Virus record (IMG/VR): IMGVR_UViG_3300017784_002304
Coordinates: 1 to 58,711 of that record
Source: a virus
Taxonomy: Duplodnaviria; Caudoviricetes
Length of the DNA stretch: 58,711 bases
Reading direction: 5' to 3' (one strand)
In this document: piece after piece, positions 57,401-58,711 of the stretch
How the letters are laid out: each line of letters begins with the position of its first letter
Numbering within the stretch: position 1 is the first letter of the stretch
Position numbers and translations under genes: made by a program
Notes under the pieces: model-generated
The model's database searches: none
Told to the model about the DNA's origin: nothing
The model's input: only the letters and a program-made list of their open reading frames with translations

Positions 57401-58711
57401 TCAGTAACCGTCTCGTTGTTTCCGCTTGCATCATAGTTTATGTAATAAATTCTTCTCGGAGTAGTGGGATCACTTGAAAATGGACCTCTTGAATACACCC
57501 AATTTCCAGGAATATACCCTGCAATGGTGACAGCCGAAGCGGGATTCAGTCCAACCATACAAAGCCTTCCCTGCGTGAATCCTCCACACAAACCATTAAA
57601 GACAAAGGCTATTTTAGTAACAGGATTTGTGTTGTCATATACCTGTCGTGTCCAACCAGTAGTGGTGTTTGCAGTGTGTGTGATGTGCGCCACACCGTTC
57701 CACTTGTCCCATGTTGGGGGCAGCGCGTGATTTGCAGACGGTGAAGCGTCTGTCCACACATCAGCACTTGCGCCGTTTGCCACAGAACCACACACGCCGA
57801 TATTCTCTGGCTTCAACCACAGCACCAGTCCACGCATACCTTCAGGAGACGGTGAGTTCTCTTTGCTGTTGAACCATGCGTAGGTGCTGCCTAGGGGCGC
57901 ACCAACCGGATTGTGTGCAGTCAACCCAAACTCGTCCACCACGGTGTACGTGTACCCCAGTCCACTGCGGAAGAACAGCGATCCTGCTGCCGCAGTGCTG
58001 CCATTCGGTCCGATTTCTGTGGTGGAACCAATGTACGGATTGTAGCCCCGAGGGTAGAAGTCACCCGTGGCTCCCGACCAACCACCCGCAGGCAGAGACG
58101 CACCAGGAGGAGTGGTTTTGTACGGGTGACCCTGCGGCAGGTTGCCGTCCAGGTTGTACTTGTGGGCAAGGTAGCCTTCAACCTTTTGGCGGTCGCCGTC
58201 TGATAGTGCGCCTTGGTACGCAAGAATTTCAGCAATCTCTCCGTCGAATGCTCCAGCAAAACTGCTTGAAGCACGCATTCCAATCAGTGTGTTTGATACA
58301 TTTAGTTGTGCAAGGTCCACAGCAGACGATGACGCTGTTCCGTAGCACACTCCGTTCACAAACAACGACAGTGGACCAGAACTGCCTGCACCAATACTGT
58401 ATGCGGTGGAAACCAATTTCCACGATCCAGTTCCACCGATAGGAGCAGTAACGCCCGAGTATACACTACTTGCCGAACGATTAAATGTGGCAACGCAAAC
58501 CGTTCCCCCTGTTACACCAAACCACACACCGTGGCGTTCAACGGAATTAGACAAAACATATGCCTGTGCGCTTCCGTCCCAAGTGGTAGCAGTGCTAACT
58601 CTGCCTGGCTTCACAACAGTAAAGAAAGACCGATCCCTAGTGATACCCAGTGCACCCATTGTTGGACCACTGAATCCCAAACTAACCAGTGCGCTTCCGT
58701 AAGCAGGACCA
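54433..58711 (-). CDS. Very large multi-LamG-domain baseplate/virion protein in the gp7 position (5' end outside the window)
   Basis: The frame stays open to the window edge; LamG-like motifs FDGEIAEIL, GLVLWL, GLEIHYDAG, WNHLVV, YLNG, YSRDLS; lies upstream of gp8. Confidence 0.7.
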   Translation of the reverse strand, partial: GPAYGSALVSLGFSGPTMGALGITRDRSFFTVVKPGRVSTATTWDGSAQAYVLSNSVERHGVWFGVTGGTVCVATFNRSASSVYSGVTAPIGGTGSWKLVSTAYSIGAGSSGPLSLFVNGVCYGTASSSAVDLAQLNVSNTLIGMRASSSFAGAFDGEIAEILAYQGALSDGDRQKVEGYLAHKYNLDGNLPQGHPYKTTPPGASLPAGGWSGATGDFYPRGYNPYIGSTTEIGPNGSTAAAGSLFFRSGLGYTYTVVDEFGLTAHNPVGAPLGSTYAWFNSKENSPSPEGMRGLVLWLKPENIGVCGSVANGASADVWTDASPSANHALPPTWDKWNGVAHITHTANTTTGWTRQVYDNTNPVTKIAFVFNGLCGGFTQGRLCMVGLNPASAVTIAGYIPGNWVYSRGPFSSDPTTPRRIYYINYDASGNNETVTEISPTLDGYDNSVFEMEYVEPNLIWRKDGVVKRQRFVGYGQTFYMDSTFYLETPDASRTGHSVTITELSYNGNPVTPTFTASSGIDVRTYRGVTVDKLRPTLQTAGFGGATGVSFNGGIVFAPASVYAGVTLGGVVGLGYTTGLGSSAAAVLTGQHLYLKRPLKVTDDADIFVVYRTTREGLSFGYGLLGSRNTNCDLSANPSVRFDSVLFSRSYNEQDRTAAQQTSSYYSVLPNGTLMYPGASLPPAGLAGFRPYGDATGVVQNFIAYDPHLSGVCLGICIAEARRDSTNKIEVFVNGDAATNSSRATNRKIVGLDAPQSEDYIITRGLEIHYDAGKTACVGEMIAGQNSNLARNVRFPTIPTNVLGPLTAAMWTSVPESTLVTQNLPAGVPLPPAPFDIDEIYRITTGPESNFFLNRGAAFDTQPGAAAWDSLYTNTVSTAWTAVFFVRRDDGAAITASVYLHNNIDGYYAVPGTVTDVGGGWYRISGSITGKSNTANPDGVRVYLTGLSITDGANKTFYVSGVQLLPFDRGNANGTVLITDTTHTQTGGAQDISRRYGTANANRVQRMANPWDDAELVWRAVNHSTNRAEAAYNANGGFYTAYFPVDRTKLYRFSVWVNRVAATETGTVYFGPQLSSGSVTTKSTGAANTNPYFATPGPIDAAFVGKTNTWVLVAGHIHPNGTATGAQHPNSGWYTRTGGGNTYAPITEDFIWGSDATDSLLRTFLYGSDIAGTEIRFVRPRIDLVDGSEPSIEDLLNNTPETIYDLSGKGRNGFAVSKPLYTASSGGFWQFDGRNSVITTGTVQEWGSSGNHTWEAWLYNPNGTSDPLVLAGVGIRMYAGTGDTVGSPFFVYPTSTSDHFSYNIPIGGTRVGAGLGTTISFSRWNHLVVVTQYLPNTNTSEVKIYLNGVLVKTNTFSGKSNAFGNRIVLGNRANTTLLSINLGYNSSGGSYFYNGGISSFRSYSRDLSSQEVLQNFNSTRSRFGV

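Noticed and set aside
518-58702. Many plus-strand ORFs of 60-260 aa
   Set aside because: All lie opposite well-supported minus-strand genes, show no recognisable motifs, and are expected from codon bias at about 50% GC.
1-58711. Introns, inteins, homing endonucleases, DGR, CRISPR array, tRNAs, invertible cassette
   Set aside because: Core genes (gp17, gp20, gp23, uvsW, gp46) are uninterrupted and of normal length. No RT, recombinase, HNH/GIY-YIG/LAGLIDADG motif, spaced repeat array or cloverleaf was seen, and intergenic gaps are too short. Long near-identical DNA repeats were not noticed, but by-eye detection is limited.
1-58711. Alternative genetic code / stop-codon recoding
   Set aside because: Standard translation gives full-length conserved proteins with tight gene packing.

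Overview
This window is a 58.7 kb segment of a T4-like (Tevenvirinae/Kyanoviridae-style) myovirus genome. Every credible gene is on the minus strand, tightly packed, and read with the standard code. In transcription order (right to left) there is a baseplate and tail-fibre module: a large LamG-type protein in the gp7 position, gp8, a DUF4815/VrlC-like protein, an S74 fibre with a probable adhesin partner, a tail-collar fibre and further LamG proteins. Next come gp13-gp14-gp15-gp16-gp17-gp18-gp19-gp20-gp67-gp68-gp21-gp22-gp23-gp3, then uvsY, a dCMP-deaminase-like gene, uvsW, gp55, gp47, gp46, RNase H, gp45, gp44, gp62 and regA. After regA, where T4 has gp43, there is a glycan-biosynthesis island of at least 9.5 kb: about 7 glycosyltransferase-like genes, an RmlB-like 4,6-dehydratase, an RfbH/DdhC-like 3-dehydrase, an SDR reductase/epimerase and a SAM methyltransferase cut by the window edge. 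The most interesting signal is a candidate virion-glycosylation system. This soluble GT island sits downstream of a late-promoter motif, while virion proteins (capsid insertion loop, sheath, gp15, fibres) are rich in a recurrent G-x-T (also G-x-S/C) motif that could be the acceptor sequon. A second notable feature is a LamG-like domain apparently split across two genes by nested domain insertions. All assignments come from motif recognition and synteny by eye; no database searches were run.
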